64,000 nt of DNA, taken from NCBI GenBank assembly GCA_002050355.1, contig MWYY01000062.1, positions 73,247 through 137,246 on the forward strand, given 5' to 3'. This stretch comes from Acidobacteria bacterium 28-9 (GTDB taxonomy: Bacteria; Acidobacteriota; Blastocatellia; Pyrinomonadales; Pyrinomonadaceae). The notes beneath the pieces were generated by a model. The model was not told where the DNA came from, made no database searches, and saw nothing but the letters and a program-made list of their open reading frames with translations. Position 1 is the first letter of the stretch, and the number at the start of each line of letters is the position of its first letter. A program made the position numbers and the translations under genes. Shown here piece by piece: positions 45,572 to 55,112 of the stretch.

Positions 45572-46645
45572 TTACAGGTTTTCAACTTCTGGATCCTTTT
45601 GTCTTTTCTTGCCGAAAAACCAAGCGATAAAAATTGAGATAATATACAAACCCATCATAGGGGTAGCAAACAGCATCATATTCGGAATATCTCCGGTCGG
45701 CGAAACAACCGCTGCGACAATCAAAATCACGACTAGCGAAATCTTCCAGCTATTAATCAATAGTGTTGCTGAAACCAATCCAATTCTGGCTAAAACATAA
45801 GTAATTGCAGGCATTTGAAAAATTATGCCCATCGCCAGCATTATTAATGTTATAAAATCAAAATAATCGGTTGCTCTAAGCATTAGACGAAAATCTTCGC
45901 CCAGACCGAGCAGATATTTTACCGCCGGTGGAAATAAAATATAGTAAGCAAATGCTGCGCCGATAACAAATGAAATGGTTGAAAGTCCAATAAACGGAGT
46001 AACATACGAACGTTCGTGGCGATACAGTGCAGGCGATATAAATCCCCAAATCTGCCATAGCAGAAAAGGAATCGAAAGCGCAATTGCTGTATAAAGCGAT
46101 ACAGTTACATAGAGCGTAAACGGCTCGACCGCAGTCGTAACAATCATTCTTTCGTCGGCGTTTGCACTGTTCGTCGGGTCTATATGCTCAAAATCGACGG
46201 GAAGTCTTATCCCTTGCGGAACGATTGCGTTACTTGTAAATAAAGGCTCTGCAGTAAACAGCCCTAACTTCCCTTCCCCATCTTTCGCTGCTTTCGCCAA
46301 AACAGAAGTGCCTGGAGAGACTACGCTGACGCCAAGTTTTGTTGACCGGTCAAACACATAACGCCCGCTATCACCTTCGTGCAAATTATTTAAGGGAAGA
46401 ACCTTTTCGCTTCCGGTCAAACCTTCGACCGGAATTTCGCGTCTTTCAGCTTCCGAAAGAGCTTGGCGAATTGGAACTGATAAAAAATTATAAATCTTAT
46501 CGGAAACAAACCAGCACAAAGCAAAAGCGATAACTACAATTATTACAGAGTTTACAAGACGACGGCGAAACTCGTCCAAATGTTCCAAAAATGACATCTG
46601 CCCGCCCAATTGTTGTTCTTCTTGTTTTGTTTCCTTAAAACTCAT
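45572..46645 (-). CDS. tatC: Twin-arginine translocase subunit TatC, with a ~100-aa insertion in the first periplasmic loop
   Basis: FLEHLDEFRRRL start region, a PALYRHER block, 6 TM pattern. Start is ATG 46645 or 46597; the listed start overlaps tatA. Confidence 0.85.
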   Translation of the reverse strand: MSFKETKQEEQQLGGQMSFLEHLDEFRRRLVNSVIIVVIAFALCWFVSDKIYNFLSVPIRQALSEAERREIPVEGLTGSEKVLPLNNLHEGDSGRYVFDRSTKLGVSVVSPGTSVLAKAAKDGEGKLGLFTAEPLFTSNAIVPQGIRLPVDFEHIDPTNSANADERMIVTTAVEPFTLYVTVSLYTAIALSIPFLLWQIWGFISPALYRHERSYVTPFIGLSTISFVIGAAFAYYILFPPAVKYLLGLGEDFRLMLRATDYFDFITLIMLAMGIIFQMPAITYVLARIGLVSATLLINSWKISLVVILIVAAVVSPTGDIPNMMLFATPMMGLYIISIFIAWFFGKKRQKDPEVENL

Positions 46646-46676
46646 ACCGCGATAAATTCGCTCTGACCTTTTTCCT

Positions 46677-47105
46677 TTATAACCAATCGCGTTTGTCGGC
46701 AGTTGTTTTAGCAATTTCGGGTTGTTTTAACTTTTCTATTTCTTTGTCTGTGAAAGTCTTTTCAAAATCTGCTTTAGTTATTTCTTTAATTTCCGGCAAA
46801 TCCGGCTTTTTGATTTCACTAATATTCGGCAATGTGGTTTGGCTGATAGAATTTTCGTTTTTTATTGTGTTCTCTGTTTGCAAATCCGTCAGCATTTCGG
46901 TTGGTTGTTTATCGTTTTCCAAATCTATTTCCTGTTGCCAGGTTTTCTTAAAATCGTCGGTTGAACGACGAAAATCAGTCATTGTTTTCCCGATTGTACG
47001 CGCCATATCCGGCAGTTTGCGCGGTCCGAACACTATCAGAGCAATTAGTCCGATGAGCATCAACTCCGATGTTCCGATTGATTCGAAAATAAACAGATAA
47101 AACAT
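46677..47105 (-). CDS. tatA: TatA/TatB-family Sec-independent translocase component
   Basis: N-terminal TM plus hinge LIALIVFGPRKLP, then an amphipathic helix and a long acidic tail. 142 aa is TatB-like in length. Confidence 0.75.
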   Translation of the reverse strand: MFYLFIFESIGTSELMLIGLIALIVFGPRKLPDMARTIGKTMTDFRRSTDDFKKTWQQEIDLENDKQPTEMLTDLQTENTIKNENSISQTTLPNISEIKKPDLPEIKEITKADFEKTFTDKEIEKLKQPEIAKTTADKRDWL

Positions 47106-47163
47106 TTTTAATTTCTACCTTCATACTTCTGCAAAATTAAACTCTTTTACTATGAAGTATTTT

Positions 47164-48189
47164 CTATCCAACTTCTATCAAATTGTTTTTGTAACACTCA
47201 ACTCTACCAATTACAATTGCGTTTGGAACCTGCGCTAAAAATCTTTCTGCCTTTTCTTCTTCCAAACTTATAAGCAATCCACCCGCCGTTTGCGGGTCAA
47301 ACAAGGCGCTTTGCATTTCTTTAGTTATAGTTTTTCCAAACCTGACAGTTTCGCCGACATATTCGCGGTTGTTTTTATCTCCGCGCGTCAACATTTTTTT
47401 TTCAATTAAATTCATTACATCGGGCAAAAGCGGAATTTTATCAGATTGTAATGTAAGCGTTACGTCGCTTGCTTTTGCCATCTCAAAAGCATGACCGAGT
47501 AATCCGAAACCGGTTACGTCCGTGCAACCGTTTGCCTTGACTTTCTGCATTACTTTAGATGCTTCTCTAGCAGAAGTTGTCATTGTTTTTAATACTGCCC
47601 TTTTTGATTCCTCACTCGCCTTGTCAAATTTTATTGCTGTGTTTATCACGCCCGTTCCGATTGGTTTTGTTAAAATCAATACATCACCTGCCTTTGCGCC
47701 GGAATTTTTTATAATTCTTCGATGATCAATAGTTCCGGTAATTGCATAACCGAATTTTATCTCTGAATCATCAACCGAATGCCCGCCTAAAACGACTACG
47801 TTTTCCTTGTTTAAAGCCTTTTGCCCACCTGACATTATTTCTCCCAAAACATCCCAATCGCCTTTCTGCGGATAACAAACTATGGAAAGTGCAGAAATTG
47901 GTGTTCCGCCCATTGCATAAACGTCGTTCAAGGAATTAATAGCGGCAATTTTTCCGTAGATTTCCGGCTCGTCAGCGACAGGTGTGAAGAAATCAACCGT
48001 TTGAACCAAAGCAATCTCAGCGTTAAGACGAAATACACCGGCATCGTCAGCTGTTTCATAGCCTACTAAAACATCCGATGAAAAATTCTGGTTCGGTAAT
48101 TTACTCAAAACTTGAGCAAGGTCGCGCGGCGCTAATTTAGCCACTCAACCAGCGCAAGAAACCATTTCGGTTAGTCGTTTATGTTTCAT
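47164..48189 (-). CDS. selD: Selenide, water dikinase SelD, selenocysteine-containing (in-frame UGA at 48145-48147)
   Basis: Reading upstream of the listed GTG start gives ATG(48189) K H K R L T E M V S C A G [TGA] V A K L A P R D L. RLT...AG-U-xAK aligns with E. coli RLTQYSHGAG-C17-GCK. Confidence 0.85.
48101..48119 (-). ncRNA. Candidate SECIS-like hairpin within the selD mRNA
   Basis: On the minus strand, UUGCUCAA-GUU-UUGAGUAA forms an 8-bp stem (one G-U pair) with a 3-nt loop, starting 25 nt after the UGA. No covariance check was possible. Confidence 0.35.
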
Positions 48190-48206
48190 AAATTATAATT
48201 CCTATC

Positions 48207-49070
48207 CTATTTAGAAACTAACAATTGGTAGATTCTATCCAAATCCGATTCACTATAATATTCTATCTCAATTTTACCGCCTGTTCCCTTTCCATCAGAA
48301 ATTATTTGGACTTGTGTCCCTAGTTGTCGTCGCAGTTTTATTTCTGCTGCTTTGACATTAGCATCTTTTTGCCTCGTAACTGCTTTATTTTCAGGCGCTT
48401 GCCCGTCTTCCCTGCCAATTCTTTTTACTGCCTTTTCGGTTTCTCTGACCGATAACGACATCTCAATTATTTTTCCGGCAAGGCGTCTCTGCGAATTTTC
48501 GTCTCCCGTCATCAACAAAGCTCTTGCATGACCGGCTGTAATTTTTTGCTCTTCGATTAATTTTTGTATATCATCGGGAAGTTTCAACAATCTTAAAAAA
48601 GTCGTGATCACAGTACGATTTTTCCCAACTCTTTCGGCAATCATTTCCTGCGTTAGCCCGATGGTTTCAATTAAATTTTTATAAGCTCTTGCCTCTTCAA
48701 TTGCATTGAGTTCTTGTCTTTGAATATTTTCAATCAATGCTAATTCGAGCAATTTTTCGTTTGCTACAGTTTTTACTACTGCAGTAATTTTTTTCAACCC
48801 TACCTTTTTAGCGGCGCGCCACCGTCTTTCGCCTGCAACTAGTTCGAAAATCGAACCTTTACGCCTTACTATAATCGGTTGTACTATTCCATTTGCTTTT
48901 ATTGACTGTGCTAAATCGTTTAGACTTTCTTCGGTAAATTTTGTTCTTGGTTGTTCAGCGTTTGGTTCTATCAAATCTATGCCGATTTCAAGTAGTTCCC
49001 CGCCTTTCGTCTGAGTTGTTTCTTCACCCAGAAGAGCATTTAATCCTCGACCCAAGACTTTCCTATTCAT
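48207..49070 (-). CDS. parB: Chromosome partitioning protein ParB/Spo0J
   Basis: [14 protein letters not shown] and GERRWRAA motifs plus an HTH region. Confidence 0.9.
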   Translation of the reverse strand: MNRKVLGRGLNALLGEETTQTKGGELLEIGIDLIEPNAEQPRTKFTEESLNDLAQSIKANGIVQPIIVRRKGSIFELVAGERRWRAAKKVGLKKITAVVKTVANEKLLELALIENIQRQELNAIEEARAYKNLIETIGLTQEMIAERVGKNRTVITTFLRLLKLPDDIQKLIEEQKITAGHARALLMTGDENSQRRLAGKIIEMSLSVRETEKAVKRIGREDGQAPENKAVTRQKDANVKAAEIKLRRQLGTQVQIISDGKGTGGKIEIEYYSESDLDRIYQLLVSK

Positions 49071-49824
49071 GAGTTAATATCTCCTTTGCCAATTCTATAT
49101 AGCTTTCCGCTCCCCGTGACCTTATATCATATAAAATTATCGGCTTACCGTAACTTGGCGCTTCTGCAAGCCGAATATTACGCGGAATTACAGTTTTCAA
49201 AACTTGAGTCCCATAAAAATCTCTCAAATCTTTTGCTACCGCTGCCGACAAATTAGTCCTTTCGTCATACATTGTCAAAAGCAAACCCTCAATCATCAAT
49301 TGTGGATTGAGCCCTCTTCTTACTCGTGCCAATGTATCAAATAATTCCGTAACTCCTTCTAAGGCAAAGTATTCACATTGTATTGGGACTAGAAGAGAAT
49401 TTGCAGCTGTTAAACTATTTAATGTGAGAAGTCCTAAAGACGGTGGACAATCTATAATTATATAATCATAATCATCTTTTATTTCTTTAAGTATTTTTTT
49501 TAATTTATATTCCCGCCGCTCTGCATCAACCAATTCAATTTCAGCACCTGCCAGGTTTTTGTCTGAAGGAAGTACCGACAATAGCGGTAATTCAGTTGGT
49601 AGAACTACCTTTTCAATCGGTTCGTTTAATAACATTACATTATATAGTGTTTTTCTATTATTTAGTCGCGGAATTCCAGAACCTGAGGTTGCATTTCCTT
49701 GCGGATCTGAATCTATTAACAAAACCTTTTTTTCTTCTACAGCCAAACTTGCTGCAAGATTAATTGAAGTTGTAGTTTTTCCGACACCACCTTTTTGGTT
49801 GGCGACAGCTATTATTTTACCCAT
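49063..49824 (-). CDS. parA: Chromosome partitioning ATPase ParA/Soj
   Basis: Deviant Walker [12 protein letters not shown]. 253 aa. It overlaps parB by 8 nt. Confidence 0.9.
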   Translation of the reverse strand: MGKIIAVANQKGGVGKTTTSINLAASLAVEEKKVLLIDSDPQGNATSGSGIPRLNNRKTLYNVMLLNEPIEKVVLPTELPLLSVLPSDKNLAGAEIELVDAERREYKLKKILKEIKDDYDYIIIDCPPSLGLLTLNSLTAANSLLVPIQCEYFALEGVTELFDTLARVRRGLNPQLMIEGLLLTMYDERTNLSAAVAKDLRDFYGTQVLKTVIPRNIRLAEAPSYGKPIILYDIRSRGAESYIELAKEILTHE

Positions 49825-49879
49825 TTTTTTTGTTTCATTTTGAATTTGTTAGTTGGAATTTATTATACACAACAATTAT

Positions 49880-49934
49880 AAATGTGGAACGTGCCACCTA
49901 AATTATTTTCGTTTTGGTGGCACGTTCCACATTT
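49880..49934 (-). terminator. 19-bp perfect inverted repeat downstream of mnmG and upstream of parA
   Basis: aaatgtggaacgtgccacc (49880-49898) pairs with ggtggcacgttccacattt (49916-49934), with a 17-nt loop. Confidence 0.5.
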
Positions 49935-49943
49935 AACAAATTC

Positions 49944-51821
49944 TCAATTTGAAACTTGTGATGTTAAATAAACAAGAAGTGTAGAAATGGCTGATGGTGT
50001 AAGACCTGAAATGTTTCGTATTTGACCGAATGTTTGTGGTTTAGATCGTTCCAGTCGTTCTATCATTTCAATCGATAGTCCATTGACACGATGAAAATTT
50101 ATTTTTTCTGGTATTTTAAGATTATCATTGTGTTTTATTCGTTCATTAACATTATGCTGAGTAACTAAATAACCTCGATACAATAAGTCTGCTAAAGCGG
50201 TTTCCAAATCAGAATCTTTTATTTTCGCTTTTATTGCTTCGGGTAATATTCTATAAATAAACCCCGAATTTACACCTTGACGTTGAGAAAGTTGAGCTAA
50301 AGAAATTTTGTCGCCTAAATCAACGCCGAGTAATTGTGAAATTGAAACATATTCAGGGTCGGAGCGTTTAAAATTTGTTGACTCCAAAACACTCCTAAGT
50401 TGAGCTATATTATCTTGTTTATAATTAAATCTATTCCAATCAGAATCAGTTAAAAGCCCTATTTCATTGCCTATTGGAGAAAGTCTTTGATCTGCATTAT
50501 CATGTCGAAGTGTAAGCCGAGCTTCTGCCCGAGAGGTAAAAATTCGATATGGCTCATCAACCCCATGGTGAATGAGGTCATCAATCAAAACTCCGATATA
50601 AGCGGAATTACGTTGTAATTGAATTGAATCTCTTTTCTGGGCAAAAAAGGCAGCGTTAATTCCTGCCATTAATCCCTGACATGCCGCTTCCTCATATCCG
50701 GTAGTTCCGTTTATTTGTCCTGCCAAAAACAATCCGTCAAGCCGTGTAGTTTCCATTGACGGTTTTAATTCTCTTGGATCTACAAAATCATATTCGATAG
50801 CATAACCGGGGCGAATAATTTTCACCGTTTCAAAACCATCTATCATTTTGAGAAGATTTTGTTGTAAATCAGCCGGTAGAGAAGTTGAGAAACCATTTAA
50901 ATACACTTCATTTGTATTATGACCTTCGGGTTCGAGAAAGAGTTGATGACGATTTTTATCAGCAAATTTAACTACTTTATCTTCAATTGAAGGGCAATAT
51001 CGCGGTCCGATTCCTTTAATTTTACCTGAATAAAGCGGCGATTGGTAAAGATTCTTTCGAATTTTATCGTGTAAATCTTCATTCGTATAACCGATGTGAC
51101 AAGTAATTTGCGATTGCTCAATTTTTTCGGTTGCGAAAGAAAAAGCTACGGGGTTTTCATCGGCAGGCTGTGCTTCAAAAGCATCCCAATCTATAGTTCT
51201 ACCATCAAGACGTGGCGGAGTTCCTGTTTTAAGCCGCCCGACAGGGAAACCGAGTCTTTTTAAGCTTTCTGCTAATTCAATAGACGCAGGTTCACCAGAA
51301 CGACCAGCCGAAAACGATTTTTGCCCGGTATGAATTTTCCCGTTTAAAAAGGTACCAGTTGCAATGATTATGGCTTTTGCTCCAAGTCTCCGTGTATCTT
51401 GCAGTTCCAAACCGATAATTTTATTTTTATCAATAATTAAATCAACTACAACACCTTGTCTAAGATGTAAATTAGGTGTGGCTTCTAGAACACGACGCAT
51501 TTCTACGCGATAAAGCGAGCGGTCAGCTTGAGCGCGAGGAGACTGAACGGCGGGACCGCGCGAACGATTCAGGAGTCGAAATTGTATACCGGTACGGTCA
51601 ATTACTCGTCCCATAATTCCACCGAGCGCATCAATCTCCCGAACGATATGACCTTTAGCAATACCACCAATAGCCGGATTACAAGACATCTGACCGATTA
51701 AATCTAAATTTATAGTAACCAACGCGGTTTCTGAACCAAGCCTTGCCGAAGCCGAAGCAGCCTCACAACCGGCATGACCTGCCCCAATCACAATCACGTC
51801 AAAAACTTCATCGAATATCAT
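49944..51821 (-). CDS. mnmG: tRNA uridine 5-carboxymethylaminomethyl modification enzyme MnmG (GidA)
   Basis: FDVIVIGAGHAGCEAA FAD motif, and SCNPAIGG, GPRYCPSIEDK and GQINGTTGYEEAA blocks. 625 aa. Confidence 0.95.
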   Translation of the reverse strand: MIFDEVFDVIVIGAGHAGCEAASASARLGSETALVTINLDLIGQMSCNPAIGGIAKGHIVREIDALGGIMGRVIDRTGIQFRLLNRSRGPAVQSPRAQADRSLYRVEMRRVLEATPNLHLRQGVVVDLIIDKNKIIGLELQDTRRLGAKAIIIATGTFLNGKIHTGQKSFSAGRSGEPASIELAESLKRLGFPVGRLKTGTPPRLDGRTIDWDAFEAQPADENPVAFSFATEKIEQSQITCHIGYTNEDLHDKIRKNLYQSPLYSGKIKGIGPRYCPSIEDKVVKFADKNRHQLFLEPEGHNTNEVYLNGFSTSLPADLQQNLLKMIDGFETVKIIRPGYAIEYDFVDPRELKPSMETTRLDGLFLAGQINGTTGYEEAACQGLMAGINAAFFAQKRDSIQLQRNSAYIGVLIDDLIHHGVDEPYRIFTSRAEARLTLRHDNADQRLSPIGNEIGLLTDSDWNRFNYKQDNIAQLRSVLESTNFKRSDPEYVSISQLLGVDLGDKISLAQLSQRQGVNSGFIYRILPEAIKAKIKDSDLETALADLLYRGYLVTQHNVNERIKHNDNLKIPEKINFHRVNGLSIEMIERLERSKPQTFGQIRNISGLTPSAISTLLVYLTSQVSN

Positions 51822-52043
51822 AAACTTTATTAAGGGGTAAAAACTATTTCGTAATCTAATGTACTAAATGAAACATTCTATTTTATAAAATTATCAAGTT
51901 TTCTGCTAGCAAACGAAAGGATGCGTTATTGTAAGTTTAATCACTTCAATAGTTAAGGAATTATTCATTGAATTGCAAATTGTTGAAGCTAAAAAGAAAT
52001 TAATTAGACCAATATGGATTCTTAACCATTGCTTTACTTTCTA

Positions 52044-53843
52044 TTATTTGATGGCTGTTAAATTATTTGTAATACGACCAACGGGATAGAGACCGATCCT
52101 TTTATCTTGAAATTGAGACCGCATGTAAAAGAAATTTAAGCGTGCAAAAGGACTTGCAGCAAATTTTTCATCCTTCAATTTTTCCTCAAACTCTTTTCGC
52201 AGATTTTCATCTTTTACCAACATTTCCCTTGCTAATTTTTCCAAAATATAACCTTCTGCATATTCCTTTTGTTCAAAGATTGCATTAAAAAATCCCCAGT
52301 AAACAAAAGAATCCGTTGAATTTGGCTCAAGCAAATGAACTGCAACATTTGCCGATTTTTGCGTCAAGGGAATTATTACCGAATTCTGCGGGAAGTTGCG
52401 GATTTCCTTTACAGGTATTGTTTTAAAGCTCAGAGTTAGACGCCCTTCAAACGAAGTTGAAGACCATTTAGGCTCAGTCAAACTGTAACTTTCAACTTCA
52501 ATTGTTAAAGGCTTAGCGGTTCGCTGAAATTTTATATCGTGCAATTGTAAAATACTGATTACGTCTGTCCATTGCGGCGGAATAATATAATATAGAGGCG
52601 GCGCCACACCGATTGCAATTTTCGCCTCATCAAATTTCGGAATTTTTATGTCAAACGGTTTTGTACCGTAAACAATTTGTTTTGCGCCGGAAATTTCACT
52701 GTCTTTGACGCTGTATTCAACGCCTTTTAGATTAAAGGGTTCGGATTTGTCCGTAATCTGAAGCCTAAGAGGGAAGTTGTTTCCTGAATCGTAAGTTTTT
52801 CCGCGCTCGATAGTTTCTCTGTCGGCTTTTTTATTAGCTTCAAAAAGGCTCATTTTTGTTTTGCCAATTTCTTCGATAGTATAACGCAAAACATCGTAAG
52901 TTCCGCGAACACGGGACTTATAAGGTTTTAACATATGAGTTTCAATCAGCAAACCAGCACGATTTCGAAGCGGTGCGTAACCGGTCGCAAAACGCGGCGT
53001 GGCTATAAATGAAGCGAAGCCTTTGGAAACATCTCGCCCGTTAAATTCCAGATAATGCGTCAAAAGATTGCCTTCTTTTTCAACTTTCGGTACGACATTT
53101 CCGTCGAAATGTTTGTCCATCCAATTTTTTATAAACGGCGAAACATCTTGAAAATGCGCGTATTCATAAGTTACGTTGTAGCGAAAATCCGCACCATCGG
53201 TTACGTGACAATCGATAAAAAAATCGGGTTTCCATTCGTTCCACAGCGCCAGCCAGGCGCGCGTTTCCGGTGCATCGGCTTTCATATAATCGCGGTTCAG
53301 ATTGAGGTTTGTCGTAGTTGCGCGAAATCCCATTTGGTCGGGACCGTTTTGGTTTATGCGATTGTAAGGGCTAAAAAGTTCGTGTCCGTCAACGTTGTAA
53401 ATCGGCACAAAGATTATCACAACGTCCTTAAGCAAATCGGCGCGCGTTTTTGTAATGGCAATATCACGAAGGAGAGCCAATCCTGCGTCTTTTCCGTCCG
53501 ATTCCCCGGCGTGAATACAGGCTTGGATGAAAACGACCGCCTTGCCCCGTTTACGCGCCAATGACGGGCTAAATGTTTTGTCGGTTGCGACAATCAAAAG
53601 CGGCAAATCTCTGCCTTCACCGCTTTTTCCAAAAGTTTTATACAAAATTAAATCCGAAGCCTGATCCAATTTTCGGCTGAAGGCAATTGTTTCCGCGTAA
53701 CGCGGAGTTTGACGGTAATCGGTTTTCTCGGCAAAAGTTTGCCATTCTTTCGGAATGTTTATTGATTCACTTTGTGCGGAAATTGCCATAAAAGAAAAAA
53801 CAATAAAACCTGCATACAGAATAAGTAAAAAAATTTGGCGCAT
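52044..53843 (-). CDS. M14 family zinc carboxypeptidase-like protein, secreted
   Basis: HxxE zinc motif in ACIHAGESDG, NVDGHE, and a signal peptide after ATG 53843. Confidence 0.8.
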   Translation of the reverse strand: MRQIFLLILYAGFIVFSFMAISAQSESINIPKEWQTFAEKTDYRQTPRYAETIAFSRKLDQASDLILYKTFGKSGEGRDLPLLIVATDKTFSPSLARKRGKAVVFIQACIHAGESDGKDAGLALLRDIAITKTRADLLKDVVIIFVPIYNVDGHELFSPYNRINQNGPDQMGFRATTTNLNLNRDYMKADAPETRAWLALWNEWKPDFFIDCHVTDGADFRYNVTYEYAHFQDVSPFIKNWMDKHFDGNVVPKVEKEGNLLTHYLEFNGRDVSKGFASFIATPRFATGYAPLRNRAGLLIETHMLKPYKSRVRGTYDVLRYTIEEIGKTKMSLFEANKKADRETIERGKTYDSGNNFPLRLQITDKSEPFNLKGVEYSVKDSEISGAKQIVYGTKPFDIKIPKFDEAKIAIGVAPPLYYIIPPQWTDVISILQLHDIKFQRTAKPLTIEVESYSLTEPKWSSTSFEGRLTLSFKTIPVKEIRNFPQNSVIIPLTQKSANVAVHLLEPNSTDSFVYWGFFNAIFEQKEYAEGYILEKLAREMLVKDENLRKEFEEKLKDEKFAASPFARLNFFYMRSQFQDKRIGLYPVGRITNNLTAIK

Positions 53844-53930
53844 CTTGGTAAAGCGCAAAATGCTGCCGGACAGTTTTGAAAAAAGCATATAAACGAATCT
53901 AATTTAAAGACGTTGAAATAGGCAAGGAAT

Positions 53931-55112
53931 CTAGCTCAAAATCGAATTATTAAATGATTTTTCGACTTTTGCAATTTGAATTTCAACGTCGGGAAATGAA
54001 CCGCGCCCGAAAAATACGTGCCGCGCAAATTTTTTGCCGATTCTTCCGCGCATAAAACTAAAACCGAATTCTAAAAGCGTTTGATTTGAAATAAGCGCAA
54101 TCAAACGCCGCATCCACAGACGCGAGACAAATCGTGCGCGAAAAAATTCTCCCGAATAATCAAGCAAAACTTTCGGATTTTTCGTCTCTAATCTTTTCCA
54201 GATAATTTCAGAAGCAAACTTTGAAAGCCGCAGGCACGGGTCTAAACCGCCCGCCGTCAACGGGGAAACCGCGCCCGCTGCATCACCAATCAATAAACCG
54301 TTTTCATTTGCGATTTTTCGCAAAACTCCGCCGACCGGAATTTTTCCGCCGCGAGTTTCCGTTAATTTCATCCGACTCAAATCAACGATTTTATCAGCAG
54401 TTTTAACCTTAAATTCTTTTAATGCTTCGCGCGGATTAAATTTCTCGGCATAACCGCCAACGCCTATATGAATTTCCTCGCCGTCATTTGTAATCCAAGC
54501 CAAATATCCGGGGGCGAGTTTTGCATCCAAAAAGCAATGCAGACGCGGCTCATCAATTGAAAAAGCGTTTTGATAAACTTCTTCGTAACCGACAATCCAT
54601 TCTTTGTTTTCGTCTAAATTCAAATCTTCTGCAACGTGCGATTGTGCGCCGTCTGCGCCGACCAAAACTTTTGCTTTAACTTCCCAATCTTTGCCGCTTT
54701 TTTTTAATTTGACAATATTTTCAGATTCATTGATTTCGGTTGATATGTAACGAGTTTCATTTGCAAATTCAACACCGCTCGCAATACATTCCCGCAAAAG
54801 GTTTCCATAAAGTTTGCCCATTTTGCCGACGCGAAATTCATCTTTTTCACTTTCCAAATTTATTGGTTTTAGTTTTGGCGAGTAAAGCGTCACATTTCTG
54901 ACAGGTTTTCCGAGCGTCCCGGCAGGAAAATCGAAATCTTCAAGTGTTTTGCGTACAAAAATTCCGGTTGTGTGAATGCCTTTCGTCAAATCAATTTTTC
55001 TGTCAACCAGCAAAATTTTTGCGCCTCGCTGCGAAAGCAACTTGGCGCATTGTAAACCGGCAAGTCCGGCACCGATAATTACTACATCAAAACATTTTAT
55101 TTGACCGAACAT
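53931..55112 (-). CDS. FAD-dependent oxidoreductase, geranylgeranyl reductase family
   Basis: FDVVIIGAGLAGL dinucleotide-binding motif and a GDAAG motif. 393 aa. Confidence 0.75.
   Translation of the reverse strand: MFGQIKCFDVVIIGAGLAGLQCAKLLSQRGAKILLVDRKIDLTKGIHTTGIFVRKTLEDFDFPAGTLGKPVRNVTLYSPKLKPINLESEKDEFRVGKMGKLYGNLLRECIASGVEFANETRYISTEINESENIVKLKKSGKDWEVKAKVLVGADGAQSHVAEDLNLDENKEWIVGYEEVYQNAFSIDEPRLHCFLDAKLAPGYLAWITNDGEEIHIGVGGYAEKFNPREALKEFKVKTADKIVDLSRMKLTETRGGKIPVGGVLRKIANENGLLIGDAAGAVSPLTAGGLDPCLRLSKFASEIIWKRLETKNPKVLLDYSGEFFRARFVSRLWMRRLIALISNQTLLEFGFSFMRGRIGKKFARHVFFGRGSFPDVEIQIAKVEKSFNNSILS

Noticed and set aside
48207-49943. Searched for a canonical parS site (TGTTTCACGTGAAACA) in and around parAB
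   Set aside because: Only isolated half-sites occur in the window (for example tgtttcac at ~29940 and cacgtgaaaa at ~35591). The 49880 palindrome differs from parS at about 5 of its 14 core positions.
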